The translations under genes were made by a program, and so were the position numbers. DNA of 64,000 bases, taken from the NCBI GenBank assembly GCA_043228905.1, contig JBHGNT010000016.1, positions 15,190,001 through 15,254,000 on the forward strand, given 5' to 3'. Of this stretch, positions 48,161 to 62,115 are shown piece by piece. This DNA is from Azolla caroliniana (lineage: Eukaryota > Plantae > Polypodiophyta). Position 1 is the first letter of the stretch. Each line of letters begins with the position of its first letter. Below the pieces are notes generated by a model, which was not told the origin of the DNA, ran no database searches, and worked only from the letters and a program-made list of their open reading frames with translations.

Positions 48161-49289
48161 GATGACGATTCCTAAAAGCATGTGTTTTGAATTCTTATGA
48201 TTTCTAAATAATCGTTTCTTATAAAATAACATTGGTTGTAAAGTTTGTGATATAAATTGAGAATGTAACTTTTTGAAATTCCTCTTTTTTTATTTATTTC
48301 TAAATCACGAAAATAGTGGATTTTTAACCTTTTTCATAGTATATTTGAACATGGATGATATTGGTATCAATGTGTTTTGTAAAATCATTGAAAAAGTACT
48401 AAAATCAACCAAAATATTCCTAATCCTTCCATTTATGCGCAATCCTTCCAGTTGTGAACGCGAACGTGTTTTTAATGTTTTAATACATATAGTACCTCAT
48501 ATTTTGTATAGTACGTACTATACCTAAATGTTGTTCAGTCCAATGTCATTCACATTTGTCCAATACAGTATTTAACGTACATTTGAAAAAACAGGTATAA
48601 TACGTATTTATAAAAAAAATATAAGTAAAACCCCAACAAAAAGCAAAAGAAAAAAAAGAATTTAGTGAAAAAGAAGCAAAAAGAAGGAAGGAGGAAGAAC
48701 ATAAGGGATGACGACGATGATGGAGAAGAAGAAGAAAAAAAAGAGAGAAAAGAAGACAAAAACCTTTCTTGACTCTGAGTGTGATAATCATAGAAGATAA
48801 AAGAAGAAGATGATGAAGATGAAGAATAGAGAAAAGAAGACAAAAACCTATCCTGAGTGTGATAATCGTAGATGATTCCTCAATATATGAAGGCATAATC
48901 ATAAATAATTACAATTTGAAGTAGAACATCATGATACACACTTACACTGATATATGGAATAAGTGAATGTCAAAATCCATATTATAAGTATTTTAGGATT
49001 TGAAATGTTCAAATGTCTTATATGCATTTTAGGATATAGAAATATAATGTACATCACAAAATTGTGTAAACATAGATTCTTTTTACAATACTACAAATAT
49101 TTTTTTGAAACGTAAATTTTTCATATTCTAGAAGTATTTAACGTACTATACATATTTTACATATTTTATAAGTATTTAACATATTAAAAAACGTATTTAA
49201 TGTATTTTTGAATTGGGAGGTACTATATGCATATTAATACGTTAAATACGTATGGTATCTGTACCGTATCTAACGTACCTAACAACCTT

Positions 49290-50630
49290 TGTCTTGACTC
49301 ATGAAGGTGAGCCGGTATGCTATGATGAAGCCATTGTCGATCAACACAAAGAGAAATGATTGACTGCAATGCAAGGCAAACTGGACTCCTTGCACAAAAA
49401 TTATACTTACGACTTGGTGGAGCTACCAAAAGGTAAGAGCGTAGTCAAGAATAAATGGGTCTACAAGGTGACAAGTGGAGAAGTCGACAATGTACCCAGA
49501 TATAAAGCCCGAATTGTGGTGAAGGGTTTTTAGTAGGAAAAGGGAGTCGACTTTGATGAGATAATTCGTTCCAGTCATAAAGATGGCATCTATTCAAACT
49601 GTTCTGAGCATAGTTGCCAGTATGGATCTGGAGATTGAACAGTTGGATGTCAAAACAACATTCTTGCATGGGGAGTTAAACAAAAATATCTACATGCAAG
49701 AGCCTGAAGGCTTTGTAGTGAAAGGAAAAGAGAACCTGGTGTGTTGATTGAAGAAAAGCTTGTATGGTCTTAAACAAGCTCCACGCCAATGGTATAAGAA
49801 GTTCGAATCCTTCATGCTGGAACATGGGTTCCACAAAACACAAGTCGATCACAGTGTGTTCATCAAAAGGTACAATGAAGGCGACTTCTTGGTTCTGTTA
49901 CTACATGTTGATGACATGTTTTTAGTCGTACAAGATACAAAGAAGATTGTTAGCTTGAAGAAAGCATTGAGCAAGTCGTTTTCAATGAAAGATCTTGGAC
50001 CGGCCAAATAGATCTTGGGGATGCACATAGTTCAAGATAGAAATAAGAACATGCTATGGTTGTCACAAAATAAGTATGTGATAAAAATCTTGGAAAGATT
50101 CGACATGTCGAAAGCCTATCAGTTCTGCATTGCCGACAAGCTGCAAGTTCAATGCCAAGGAATGCCCAAAAGGGGAGAGGGACAAGGTCGAGATGAGGAA
50201 AGTGCCATACGCCTCGGCCGTCGGCAGTTTAATGTATGCTATGGTCTGTACGAGACCAGACATAGCATTTGTTGTGCGAGCAGCAAGCCAATACATCAGT
50301 AATCTAGGAAAAAAACATTGGGCAATAGTGAAATGGATACTCGGGTACTTGAAAGGTACCTCAAGGGTATGCCTAAGGTATGGTTTCGGAAAACCTATGC
50401 TCGAAGGTTTTACCAACTCCGACATATCAGGGGATGTAGACTCAAATCGATCCACATCAGGCTACGTGATGACCTATGCAGGGGGAGCAGTGTCATGGAA
50501 GTCGAGACTGTAGAAGGTGGTGGATTTGTCAACCACAAAGTCAGAGTATATGGTTGTAGTAGAGGCTGGTAAAGAGCGTATTTGGATAAAGAACTTTCTT
50601 AGTGAACTAGGTAGGAAGCAAGAAAGATTC
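49290..50630 (+). pseudogene. pol: Copia RT/RNase H remnant, copy 1
   Basis: RT motifs with stops and frameshifts. Confidence 0.9.
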
Positions 50631-51885
50631 TCCTATCCCCACTCCCGCCTTCCTCCTCTACACTAAGCACTATCACGATTCGGGTGCGCTCCAATCGACC
50701 TTGGTGTTCCTCCTCCTCGACATCTTCTCCAACCTCTACCCACCGATGATCCCCCATTTCGCACTCCTTGTTCCGACCGCAAGGTCTATAACCATAACTT
50801 CGTTTCTTCTATGGAGGCCCATGTATCAGGGATAGGCACCCACATCGAGTTAAGCATCGTTGACCACCGAGCCCTCGGTTGTGCCGAGTGCCCCCGCAAA
50901 ACATTACGTGGCATTGCAAATTGGCGTCATCGGTTTCTACATCTCAGACTCCCCGACATCCCCTTCACTCACCTCTTATTGTAACACACGAGACTACATT
51001 ATGGAGCCGTGTTTTCATTTTATTTTTATCTCCCTTTTCACATTTAGGATCATGCTCGGGACTACACCTTTGGTAGCCGGCATTGTAATGTTTCCATCCC
51101 TCTTATTTATTTTTATTTTATTTCCATCCTGCCCTCCCCTCACTTTTCCCAACTTATGCCTTCCAAATTTACACCCATACCCTCCCTTTACTTTTTATAT
51201 TCCCACACTACCCCTATCTTCATTTTTGCCATATTACCCTCTCACCCCTACATTTTTCATAATTTTAGCTCTCTAGCCCTCCCTCTACTTTTCAAAATTA
51301 CCACCATATGCTTCCCTTCACTTTTTCCTAATTACTACCCTATCCCTCCCATTACCTTTTGGTTTAATACCCTCCTACCACCCCTACCCTCGCCTTTGAA
51401 AATACCCGCCTAACCTCCCCTCCTTTTCATATTTTTATCTCTAGCCCTCCCCTCATCTAAACCCATACTTTATCCCTACCCCTCATCTCTCTTAAATCTC
51501 TAACTTTCCCCCTCTCTGTTACTTTTTTACCCCACACGTGTGCCCACATCACCACTCCCTTTTCCCTATCTTTTAGCAATTTTACCTCTCCTTCCTTAAA
51601 CATGGACATGTACACATCCCTTTCCCCTCTCTCTTACTTACTCCCTACAGTCTTTCCCATATCCTCTCACTCCTCCCCTCTTACCATTCCCATTTCCCTT
51701 TTCCCTATCTTTATAAAACCTTAAACCTTACATCCCACTACCATTCCTTCCTTAATGAGCACATATGCACATAGCTACCCCCCACATAGCCCTTCATGGG
51801 TGAAACTAGTTTGCCATAAGACCATAGCCTAACACCCCCAAACCCCATGTAATTTTTGTCCAATGATAATTACATGTTTTAGTTA

Positions 51886-51888
<3 letters not shown>

Positions 51889-51953
<65 letters not shown>
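51889..51953 (+). repeat. (CT)n microsatellite
   Basis: About 30 CT units. Confidence 0.97.
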
Positions 51954-52630
51954 CCACTTTTAATTAGTTTTGTTTTTAATTAGTATGTTAATCCCCTCGT
52001 CTCCCCTACCCCTCTTTTTAATGTTTAACTATGTTTTTAAACTTGTTTTTTATTCTTAATCTTGCACTTAATTATGTTTTAATGTTTTAATCTCTCTCTC
52101 TCTCCCCCTTTTAATTAGTATGTTAATCCCCTTGTCTCCCCTACCCCTCTTTTTAATGTTTAACTATGTTTTTAAACTCGTTTTTTTTTCTTAATCTTGG
52201 ATGTAATTATGTTTTAATCTCTCTCCCCCTCTCTCACCCACTACCCTCCCTTTACCTTGTTTTAGGTTTATGTTTCTAGTTTTATGATTACATTTTTAGT
52301 TTTTCTTCATTTTACTTTTTTACTTTTTTACTTTCTTTTAGGGTTAGTTTTATGTGTTAATCGTTTTCATTAGTGTTTAAGTTTAGCTTTAGCATGTTCA
52401 TCCTCTCCCCTCTCGGTTTTTTAATTCTGTTCTTTACTCTCGTTTTTTTTTTAATCCTAAACTTAATCTCCTATCCCCACTCCCGCCTTCCTCCTCTACA
52501 CCAAGCACTTTCACGATTCGGGTGCGCTCCAATTGACCTTGGTGTTCCTCCTCTTTGACATCTTCTGCAACCTCTACCCGCTGATGACCCCCCATTTCGC
52601 ACTCCTTGTTCCGACTGCAAGGTCTATAAC

Positions 52631-53901
52631 CATAGTTGCCAGTATGGATCTAGAGATTGAACAGTTGGATGTCAAAACAACATTCTTGCATGGGGAGTTA
52701 GACAAAAAGATCTACATGCAACAGCCTGAAGGCTTTGCAGTGAAAGGAAAAGAGAACTTGGTGTGTCGATTGAAGAAAAGCTTACATATGGTCTAAAACA
52801 AGCTCCACACCAATGGTACGAGAAGTTCGAATCCTTCATGCTGGAACATGGGTTCCACAAAACACAAGTCGATCACGGTGTGTTCGTCAAAAGGTACAAT
52901 GAAGGCGACTTCTTCATTCTGTTACTATATGTTGATGACATGTTTTTAGTCATACAAGATACAAAGAAGATTGTTAGCTTGAAGAAAGCATTGAGCAAGT
53001 CGTTTTCAATGAAAGACCTTGGACCGGCCAAACAGATCTTGGGGATGCACATAGTTCGAGATAGAACTAAGAACGTGCTATGGTTGTCACAAAATAAGTA
53101 TGTGATAAAAATCTTGGAAAGATTTGACATGTCGAAAGCTTATCAGTTCTGCATTGCCGACAAACTGCAAGTTCAATGCCAAGGAATGCCCAAAAGGGGA
53201 GAAGGACAAGGTCGAGATGAGGAAAGTGCCATACGCCTCAGCCGTCGGCAGTTTAATGTATGTTATGGTCTGTACGAGACCAGACATAACATTTGTTGTG
53301 CGAGGGAGCGGCAAGCCAATACATCAGTAATCTAGGGACAAACATTGGGTAATAGTGAAATGGATACTCGGGTACTTGAAAGGTACCGCAAGGGTATGCC
53401 TAAGGTATGGTTTCGGAAAACCTATGGTCGAAGTTTTTACCAACTCAGACATATCAGGGGATGTAGACTCAAATCGATCCACATCAGGCTACGTGATGAC
53501 CTATGCAGGGGGAGCGGTGTCATGGCAATCGAGACTGGAGAAGGTGGTGGCTTTGCTTTGTCAACCGCAAAGTCAAAGTATATGGTTGTAGTAGGGGCTG
53601 GTAAAGAGCATATTTGGATAAAGAACTTTCTTAGTGAACTAGGTAGGAAGCAAGAAAGATTATTACTCCATTGTGACAATCACAGTGCCATAGATCTAGT
53701 CAAGAATGTTGTGCATCACTTTCGGACCAAGCACATACAGAGAAGGTATCACTAGTTGCAAGAGAATGTGGACAAGGAACAATTCATCCTCATGAAGTTT
53801 CATACTGATGATAATGGATCCGACATGCTCACAAAAAACCTATCTATGGACAAACTCAGAGTCTATCAACAAAAGGCTAGAATGACTGACTCCTCTCCAT
53901 A
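52631..53901 (+). pseudogene. pol: Copia RT/RNase H remnant, copy 2
   Basis: Duplicates 49609-50630 with scattered substitutions, then continues to the end of RNase H. Confidence 0.9.
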
Positions 53902-54069
53902 GGAGTGAAGGGGGAGTTAGGAATATATGCCTCCTATGAGAGCAGTCGACAATCGAAGCTATCAGAGAAGTTGGTAGTCAAATCGACAAGCTTAACACAG
54001 AATGGTCGAATGGATTGACCAATGAGCTGACAGGGGATCCATTGGTCGGGAGAAAATGGAGATTCGACT

Positions 54070-54495
54070 AACAATCGGCAACGGTTTGGTTTGAACCGAA
54101 CCGAACCGCGAAACCACGGTTTATTTTTATAAAAAAAAAATTTAAAATTTGAAAAAAATTCTAAAAAATTTTTAAAATTGTTTTTAAACAATCTTTTCAT
54201 TTTTACTCTTATTCTCACATTTTAGGAACATCTTAAAAATTTTAAAAATTCTAAATAATGAAATATTATAAATTTAAAAATAAAATAAAATAAATTTGAC
54301 TTATGTTGAAAACCGAAACCGAACCACGAAACCGCGGTTTTTACGGTTTAAAGGTTTAATGTTTTGAAAAATGTTTAACGGTTCGGTTTAAAGGTTTCGC
54401 GGTTCGGTTCAGGTTTCAACATTTTTAAATGGTTTGGTTCCAAACCAGTTCGGTTTGGACCCTCTCAAACCGAACCAAACCGTTGCCGATTGTTC
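54070..54495. mobile_element. MITE (hAT- or Mutator-like) in the Copia LTR
   Basis: TIR AACAATCGGCAACGGTTTGGTT / AACCAAACCGTTGCCGATTGTT; AACCG subterminal repeats; 8-9-bp flanking repeat GATTCGACT / GATTCGGCT. Confidence 0.8.
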
Positions 54496-57431
54496 GATTC
54501 GGCTCAATCGACTGAACTGGATGGATGATCCAAATCAAAGATAGGGCCGACTGGATAGTCGACATGAGAGTGGACTAGTCATGCCCATTCGATAGTCGAC
54601 AGAGGAGTCAATTAGTTGGTTGACTTAACTCAGATTATTATTAGTGTTATTAATAGTAATAAAAGCTATATTTGTAAATAACCCATACTTTTTATTAGTA
54701 TAAATACACTTAGGGAAAACATAATGATGTAGTGTAGTGTCCAAAACATAACTTAGCATTTTTGTACTGAGTGTAACAGAGATTAAGTCAGAGAGAGGCG
54801 AGAGCGCGCAAAAGAGAGAGGCAACACAGTTCAATGGACTTGCCTTAAACCCTAGGGGGTATTCTCTAAGTCCTAGAGATTTGTAATATTCTTTTCTCCC
54901 TGTACTCCTATTGATATAGTGGAATATCTGTTCCTGTGGTTTTTCCCCTATTTAGGGTTTCCACCTAAAACTATGTAGTGTGTATTTTGTTGGGTTTTTT
55001 TTTGTTTCACCGTGGGAATATTTCAGCACATCTTTCTTGTTTACTTAAGGTTCTATTTCCACACATAATCTATGAAGGGTTGGAAACCGAACATACAATA
55101 GTAAAAGTTTATGCTCAACTAGGTATGTAACATAGGTTTTGGTAGGATACGAAAGTCACAGCATTGACAACACATTCCATTGTTGAAAGGTAATTAATTC
55201 GAGATTGATCAACCTAACCTTGTTGGTTCTCATTCGTTGTTGTTCTATGCTTTTACGCGTTTCATAAGTACCTTGAGGGAGTACTCCAATGATTTCCGAC
55301 GTGGCCAATTGGTTTCATAACATATTGTGAATCATCTATACTTTAATTAATCCATCCATGTGATCACTCATTGTAACAAGGGCATGGATATGGAACCATG
55401 CCCAAAACCAATATTCAAACATTTCTCATATACGTGGGTTACCATGTATGTATGAGCGTGGATTCTCCTAAAACTTTCACTCTTGTTAACTTCTTCGGTT
55501 TAGTATTACTATCAAGTTTCAACTAAATATAAATAAATAACAAAAGTTGCACTTCCACAAAATAAATAACATTCACGTTTGACATACTATAAAACAAATT
55601 ATGAAAAAAAATCTCAAGTTATTGCCACACTCCTTAACAACCTTACTCTTTATGAAAAGTTACCATACTTACTGATGGAGAGATATAGAAACAGACAGAG
55701 AAGAGAAGAGGAAGAGAAGAGGAAGAGAAAGTAATACTTTAATATACTATTAGGAAAACAATACCGTCTTCTTAGACTCGAAAAGTTACAACCCCAAACA
55801 ACTACCTTAATCTAAATGACATTAATTCATAATAGTTGTTGAGATATCAAACTCAACTAGGTTTAGCTATTTAGTCAACCATGTAATGTAGTAGTTACAT
55901 AATTAGAATTTAATTAGAAGTGTTGACCTTAAAGCCTTAAATAGGATTTTGCATAGTGGGATGTATTCTAGATCCTCCACTACCAAGTTCATTGAATATA
56001 GGACTTACATCTTTGTACCTATATTCTCCTCACACATGTGCAACCTTGCACATGAGATGTATATATACGACATTGTGGGTATCGTTGTATTTTGATGCTT
56101 ATTAATATAGAGAAAGGTCTTTCACTACCCTCTTGTTAATCATCCCCCATTTATCTTATTGTTCATATTAAGTGTATCTTCCTGTCACACACATACACAC
56201 ACATATCACATAAACTTCCGTTGCTTAACGACATACGTGATTAACTACTCACATAATTAGTCACTAATTAACCCTTAGTTAATTACCTAATTATTAACAT
56301 GGTACCAAAAACACTGGGACATTAGAAACAAGTAATATGTCACATTCTAAGAACTATCCATCAAAAAATGACACAAAAATTAGGGTGATTCACAAAAAGG
56401 CGTGCCACATGCGTAAAGGATTTTAAAAAATGACCCAAAAATATATTGATTTCTAGCATGCATGAAAATCTAGGTGTTCAAAAAAATGCCTAAATAATGA
56501 ACATGCCAAACTTACAAATGAATGTCCAAAATGACTAACACCAATATTTATAGAAATTCATGAATCCAAATCTTGACATACAATACAATATTTACAGTTA
56601 ACGTATCAAGACAATCGTTATCCAAGTTTATGCCAATATCTTCTCTCAAGATTCGAACTCCTGACACAACCATGTTATAATCTAGTATCATGGGTTAACC
56701 AATATATCTAGTACACAATTATGTATATAATTGGTCCTTATTGTTTTGCTAGTATCATGTGCATAGTTGCTCCCTTGTAGTATTTACACTTGGCACATGC
56801 ATGCATACCTACATGCTCTATTGTAGATTCAGATGCGTGCAACAAGTATGCATGCCATGTAGTATAAATAGAGGACTTCACCTTGAAGGAATTCAAGGTG
56901 AACAACACTAGTTATGGAGTCTTTCTGTTAATACTACTCATCCATTTGTCTATCTTCTTTCTTGTCTCTTGAGCTTATGATCTATTCGTGACATCTTCAT
57001 ACCCATTAGAAGAACTAGTATGAGGTCTGATCCGCATCATCAATGGCAACTTAGTCTAATGCATTGTCTTCATCCAATTGCAATCCAACCTCATCGAGGT
57101 TATGAGTCATGCTTCTTGTTTGTCTTTGTGTTGTGTCTGAAGCAACATTCAAGTTCCTCTTTTAGTATCTTCATTGTGGTTTGTCGCAAATAAATTGTTT
57201 TGGTCAAAGATAAGTCATACACTAGTATATAAACATTATCCAATGTAAGATTAGATGTGCTTGATGCATCCTTTCTTCTTCACTTTTTGGTTATGATATA
57301 TAATTATGCACTTTCTAGTTACGATATTTGATTATGTGAGAGAAACCTTCTACCAAAATCATTAGAATCTAAAAAATGTCGTAAAGATGTTTTTTCGTTT
57401 TTCATAGATTCTCATAGTAAGCCTTTGATGT

Positions 57432-60400
57432 TGAAAAGAGAGATGATGATAGAAAAGAGAGAGAAGGAAGATATAGAAACCCAAATCTACAAAGATATAT
57501 TAATAAGGAGTGATGATCATAGAAACAAGAGAAAGAAGATACATAAACTCAAGCCTACAAGGATGAATTGATCACTAGAAAAAACGCACTACATGAATAA
57601 GCAAGAAAAACCCCACAAGAAAAAGGCTCCTTTTCACCACCTCACTCTTCTTGCTTTATATGAAGTTCTCCTCTAGTAGATAAGTTTCGCTTGCTTTCTT
57701 TTCCACGCTTTTTTTAGAGCTTTTCCATCTCCTATTCTTAGCTATGACACAACGATCTTCTAATCGTCATATCTCCCTCATCCATGCTCCAAATTTAGAG
57801 TTTTAAAAAGATACGGATAACTCTCGTCATAAGCTTTCTAACCCATATTTACACGTGATATTTGGGTGTCAAACGAGAGAGTTATGAGCATTTGTTTCTG
57901 ACTACGTTTTGGTGGTCTGCTTTTTCTCTTTTTAACTTTTCTCCATCTTTATTGCTTTTATTTGGACTTATCCACGAGATGTTAGTTCATGTCCTTGTCC
58001 TCCAAATGTGAATCCTCCATACCTTATATTCTTTTAGTGTCCAATGGCTTGAATTCTAAAAACAGTTTCACATTTAGCCCTCCCCCTTGCTTCTTGGTGA
58101 ACCATTTATGGTGAACCCTAAGCTACTAATAAAACTAAAGGTTCTCCTTCGCCTTATTCATGGCTATAGACAAAGAAGGAGAAAATAAATAGAAAAGAAA
58201 CAAACTATGTGAGTAAAACCCCCGCTAGTCGATAGGAAAAACCTCACACTTCTAAACACACACACATACACATTGACAATTGCCATCACCATCTTTCTCC
58301 TTGTCAACACAAAGAAAGAGGTTACAACAATTAGTATATCTTCATCAACTTTCCAAACAGAAGTAGGTCTATGTGATACATAACTCTTGATAGAAGTAAG
58401 CATGTTAACATATGAATAAATCTTTCGAGCGAGCGAACCTTTTGTACAAATACCTTCAAAACTTCGAGACTTGTCAGAATTGTCATATTTTGAATTATGT
58501 CAATCTTTGCTTCATCAACATGACTTTCTTCTTGGCACACCACATTCTCCACATTACCTTGTTTTTTATGTATGACCATTTCATCTAGAATCTCATCTCG
58601 AAAAGGAAGCAAAAATAAATCTCGTTTGGTTGAATCATTCAAGGATTGGAAGTTGACGTCTTTCTCCTTTGGAACAACCACAATAAGTGAGACAAACTTC
58701 AAATTCTCCAACTTGATGTGGTGCTTGATGCCTTCTACTCTTATCTGTGAATACTCATTTATGAATAACTTTGTAAACTTAAAAAAGAGAGAAATAAACC
58801 TTAGATCCTCTTCTCCTTGGACATCGTTTGAAATCATCTTCTTTTTCCCCTTTAGGGTGATAATACTTTTCTCTTCAATGACTTCTTCTTCCTCCTTAGA
58901 CACCATGTGGAATGATTTGTTTTCCCTATCCCACGAATATTCATCAATTGTTATGCTTTCCTCTTCTTGCTTGCCATTGTCGATAGATGATTCCTTCTCC
59001 TTTATACATTTGATTAGTTGTGGTGGATCCTTTGATGGTGATAAGTTAATGATACTCCAATCATGCATTACAAGTAAATCTCTTGGCTCTTGGTCAAATT
59101 GTTGTTGAAGAGTTGATGCCCACATAACTTTGTTGCTACTCAATGCAAATCCAAAACATAAATCATGCACGAACACCTTCATACACTGCAACTTGGCACT
59201 TACCAATGCTTCCTTACACGCATTGATCTCCAAAAGCCAATCTCCAGCTATCACTTCTAGGTTACCTTCTTCATCTTGCAACTTCGTTGTGGGTACTTCA
59301 CCATCAACAACCTCTTTTGTCATATCTTCCATTTCATCTTGCACATATTCATCATCAACCACCATATCACTTGTTGTATCAATAATGTCCTCAACATGAT
59401 GTACATTGGCATCACCATCCATAACATCGCTTCTCATAACTATCTCCTTAGATTCGTCTTTCACATCATCATTCTTTATATCATGGTTGTCCTCATGAAC
59501 TAGATGGGGGGACTCCACATTCATCACCTCTTCTTCATTGTCTCTGGAATCACCTTCATAGACATCATTATAACTCCAAAAATTAGAATAATGATATGAG
59601 GGAACCTGTTGAATCGGACATTGCAAGTAGGCTGGTTGTTGGCTCATGACCGATCCACAATTATTATAGCTTGGATTTATGGTATATGACGCCGATAATC
59701 CATATGCTTCACCGAATAACAACTTCTTCAATTGTTGATCATAACTTTGACATACTCGAAGCAAATCATGGAAAGACCTTGGGTACTTCATATGCACTTC
59801 ATATTGAAAATATGGATCTAGCCCTGCTTTGAATCTTTCCATCTTGAAGTATACATCTTCAACGCCTCCAACAAGTCCAATCCAAGTGGACCATATATCC
59901 AAAAACGTCTTCTCATACTCGAGGTAGCACATTGGTGAAACCATACGCAATTGGAAAAGTTCTCTTCGTAGATCTGTCGCATCGCGAACTCCATATCGTG
60001 CCATTAGTTTGATGATGAATCGGTAGATCCAACCATCAATTAGTGGACAACCGTTCCTCCCGTTATACAGAAAGGATCGACCCTCCCTGGAGCGCCAAAA
60101 TGAAAAGAGAGATGATGATAGAAAAGAGAGAGAAGGAAGATATAGAAACCCAAATCTACAAAGATATATTAATAAGGAGTGATGATCATAGAAACAAGAG
60201 AAAGAAGATACATAAACTCAAGCCTACAAGGATGAATTGATCACTAGAAAAAACGCACTACATGAATAAGCAAGAAAAACCCCACAAGAAAAAGGCTCCT
60301 TTTCACCACCTCACTCTTCTTGCTTTATATGAAGTTCTCCTCTAGTAGATAAGTTTCGCTTGCTTTCTTTTCCACGCTTTTTTTAGAGCTTTTCCATCTC

Positions 60401-60741
60401 CTATTCTTAGCTATGACACAACGATCTTCTAATCGTCATATCTCCCTCATCCATGCTCCACATTTAGAGTTTTAAAAAGATACGGATAACTCTCGTCATA
60501 AGCTTTCTAACCCATATTTACACGTGATATTTGGGTGTCAAACGAGAGAGTTATGAGCATTTGTTTCTGACTACGTTTTGGTGGTCTGCTTTTTCTCTTT
60601 TTAACTTTTCTCCATCTTTATTGCTTTTATTTGGACTTATCCACGAGATGTTAGTTCATGTCCTTGTCCTCCAAATGTGAATCCTCCATACCTTATATTC
60701 TTTTAGTGTCCAATGGCTTGAATTCTAAAAACAGTTTCACA
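57432..60741 (-). mobile_element. Gag-only (TR-GAG-like) LTR retrotransposon, copy 2
   Basis: 641-bp LTRs at 57432-58072 and 60101-60741 (one mismatch seen); TSD GATGT; same PBS and PPT as copy 1. Confidence 0.95.
58331..60004 (-). CDS. gag: Gag-like protein, 557 aa, paralog of 5500-7260
   Basis: Intact ORF, near-identical to copy 1 except for one divergent internal segment. Confidence 0.7.
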   Translation of the reverse strand: MARYGVRDATDLRRELFQLRMVSPMCYLEYEKTFLDIWSTWIGLVGGVEDVYFKMERFKAGLDPYFQYEVHMKYPRSFHDLLRVCQSYDQQLKKLLFGEAYGLSASYTINPSYNNCGSVMSQQPAYLQCPIQQVPSYHYSNFWSYNDVYEGDSRDNEEEVMNVESPHLVHEDNHDIKNDDVKDESKEIVMRSDVMDGDANVHHVEDIIDTTSDMVVDDEYVQDEMEDMTKEVVDGEVPTTKLQDEEGNLEVIAGDWLLEINACKEALVSAKLQCMKVFVHDLCFGFALSSNKVMWASTLQQQFDQEPRDLLVMHDWSIINLSPSKDPPQLIKCIKEKESSIDNGKQEEESITIDEYSWDRENKSFHMVSKEEEEVIEEKSIITLKGKKKMISNDVQGEEDLRFISLFFKFTKLFINEYSQIRVEGIKHHIKLENLKFVSLIVVVPKEKDVNFQSLNDSTKRDLFLLPFRDEILDEMVIHKKQGNVENVVCQEESHVDEAKIDIIQNMTILTSLEVLKVFVQKVRSLERFIHMLTCLLLSRVMYHIDLLLFGKLMKIY

Positions 60742-60749
60742 GATGTCAA

Positions 60750-62115
60750 ACTGAAATCAGATTCATTCCATCTAGATCTAATGCACTATGTCAAATTTTA
60801 CTCTATACATCTAGAATTGGATGTAGTACATCAGATTCCTGTTGTAAGTCTTAGAATTGTTTTTTTAAATTCCATTAAAAAAATACTCTTGCATTTTCAA
60901 CTGAGACATAATGCATTGCATCGAATTCTCGCTATATAGACTAAAATATGATACACTACATTGGATTTCAATTAAAAATCCACTTTCAAAATATCTTTAA
61001 AAAATGGTAAAAATTTAAAAATGGATTTTCAATAGAAACCTGATGCATTGCATTGGATTTGAGTTGAAAGTCCACTTTTTCTTATTTGTTCCGAATTTTC
61101 TTATTTTTTGATTTTTTTTGTATTTGTGTTTAATTGTTTTATTTTTCCCATAAATAAATAAATAAAGATTCAAAGAAATGGATTTTCAACAGAAAACCGA
61201 TGCACTACATCAGATTCTGGTTGAAAGTCCACTTTTTCTTATTTGTTTCCAAATTTTCTTATTTTTCCAATAAATAAATAAATAAAAATTGAAAAAATGG
61301 CTTTAAATAGAAATCCAATGCATTGCATCAGATTTCGGTTGAAAGGCCACTTTTTCTTATTTATTTCCAAATTTTCTTATTTTTTGAATTTTTTTTGTAT
61401 TTTGTTTGAAGTTTTTTTTCCCATAAATAAATAAATAAATAAAAATTGAAAAAATCGGTTGAAAATCCATTTTTTCTTATTTTTTTGATATTTTCTTATT
61501 TGTTCATATTTTCCATAAAACAATGTTAAAAATAAAAAAGTCATGGATTTTGGCCATTTAAAATGATGTATTTTCAATGGGCTTTTCGATGGAAATCCGA
61601 TGTAGTGCATCGGATTTCCGTTGAAAGTCCAAGATTTTTCTTTTATTTTTTTCATTTATCATGGATTTTCAATTGAAATCTGATGCAGTGCATTAGATTT
61701 CCATTGAAAATGCAATATTGTTTTTATTATTTTATTGTTTTATGAAAAACCTAAAAGAAATTTGGATTTTCAATTGAAATCTAATGCAGTGCATCCGATT
61801 TCAATTGGAAATCCATTTTTTCAAATAATTTTATTTATTTGTCGAAAAAATGAGAAAAAGGATTGTCTGCTAAAATTTGATGCACTGTATCGATGTCTAC
61901 CTGTATAGACTACAATCTGATGTAGTGCATCGGATTTTAGTTGAAAAGCCATTTATTATTATTTTTTATATGGAAAACAAAATATAAATAGATAAACGTA
62001 CATTGAAAAAAGAAAAAAGAAAAAAGGCGTTTTGACTTTAACCCAATGCATTGCATTGGATTCTAGGTGTATAGACTAAAATACAATGTAGTGCATCATA
62101 TTTGAGTTGAAAATC
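60750..62115. repeat. Degenerate palindrome array AAATCCGATGCA-N-TGCATCGGATTT in AT-rich DNA
   Basis: More than a dozen copies, e.g. gaaatccgatgtagtgcatcggatttc at about 61593. Confidence 0.8.

Larger units (their letters stand above)
49290..55065 (+). mobile_element. Ty1/Copia (Tnt1/Tork-like) 3' half, rearranged; 3' LTR at about 53918-55065
   Basis: KKSLYGLKQAPRQWY, LLYVDDM, VPYASAVGSLMYAMVCTRPDI and HCDNHSAI motifs; PPT AGGAGTGAAGGGGGAG at 53901. LTR limits are approximate. Confidence 0.85.

Noticed and set aside
48546-48902. Hydrophobic membrane-protein ORFs
   Set aside because: These are translations of GAA/GAT low-complexity repeats.
55066-57426. Host gene or additional LTR remnants
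   Set aside because: AT-rich with no long ORF and no paired termini or TSD that I could verify.
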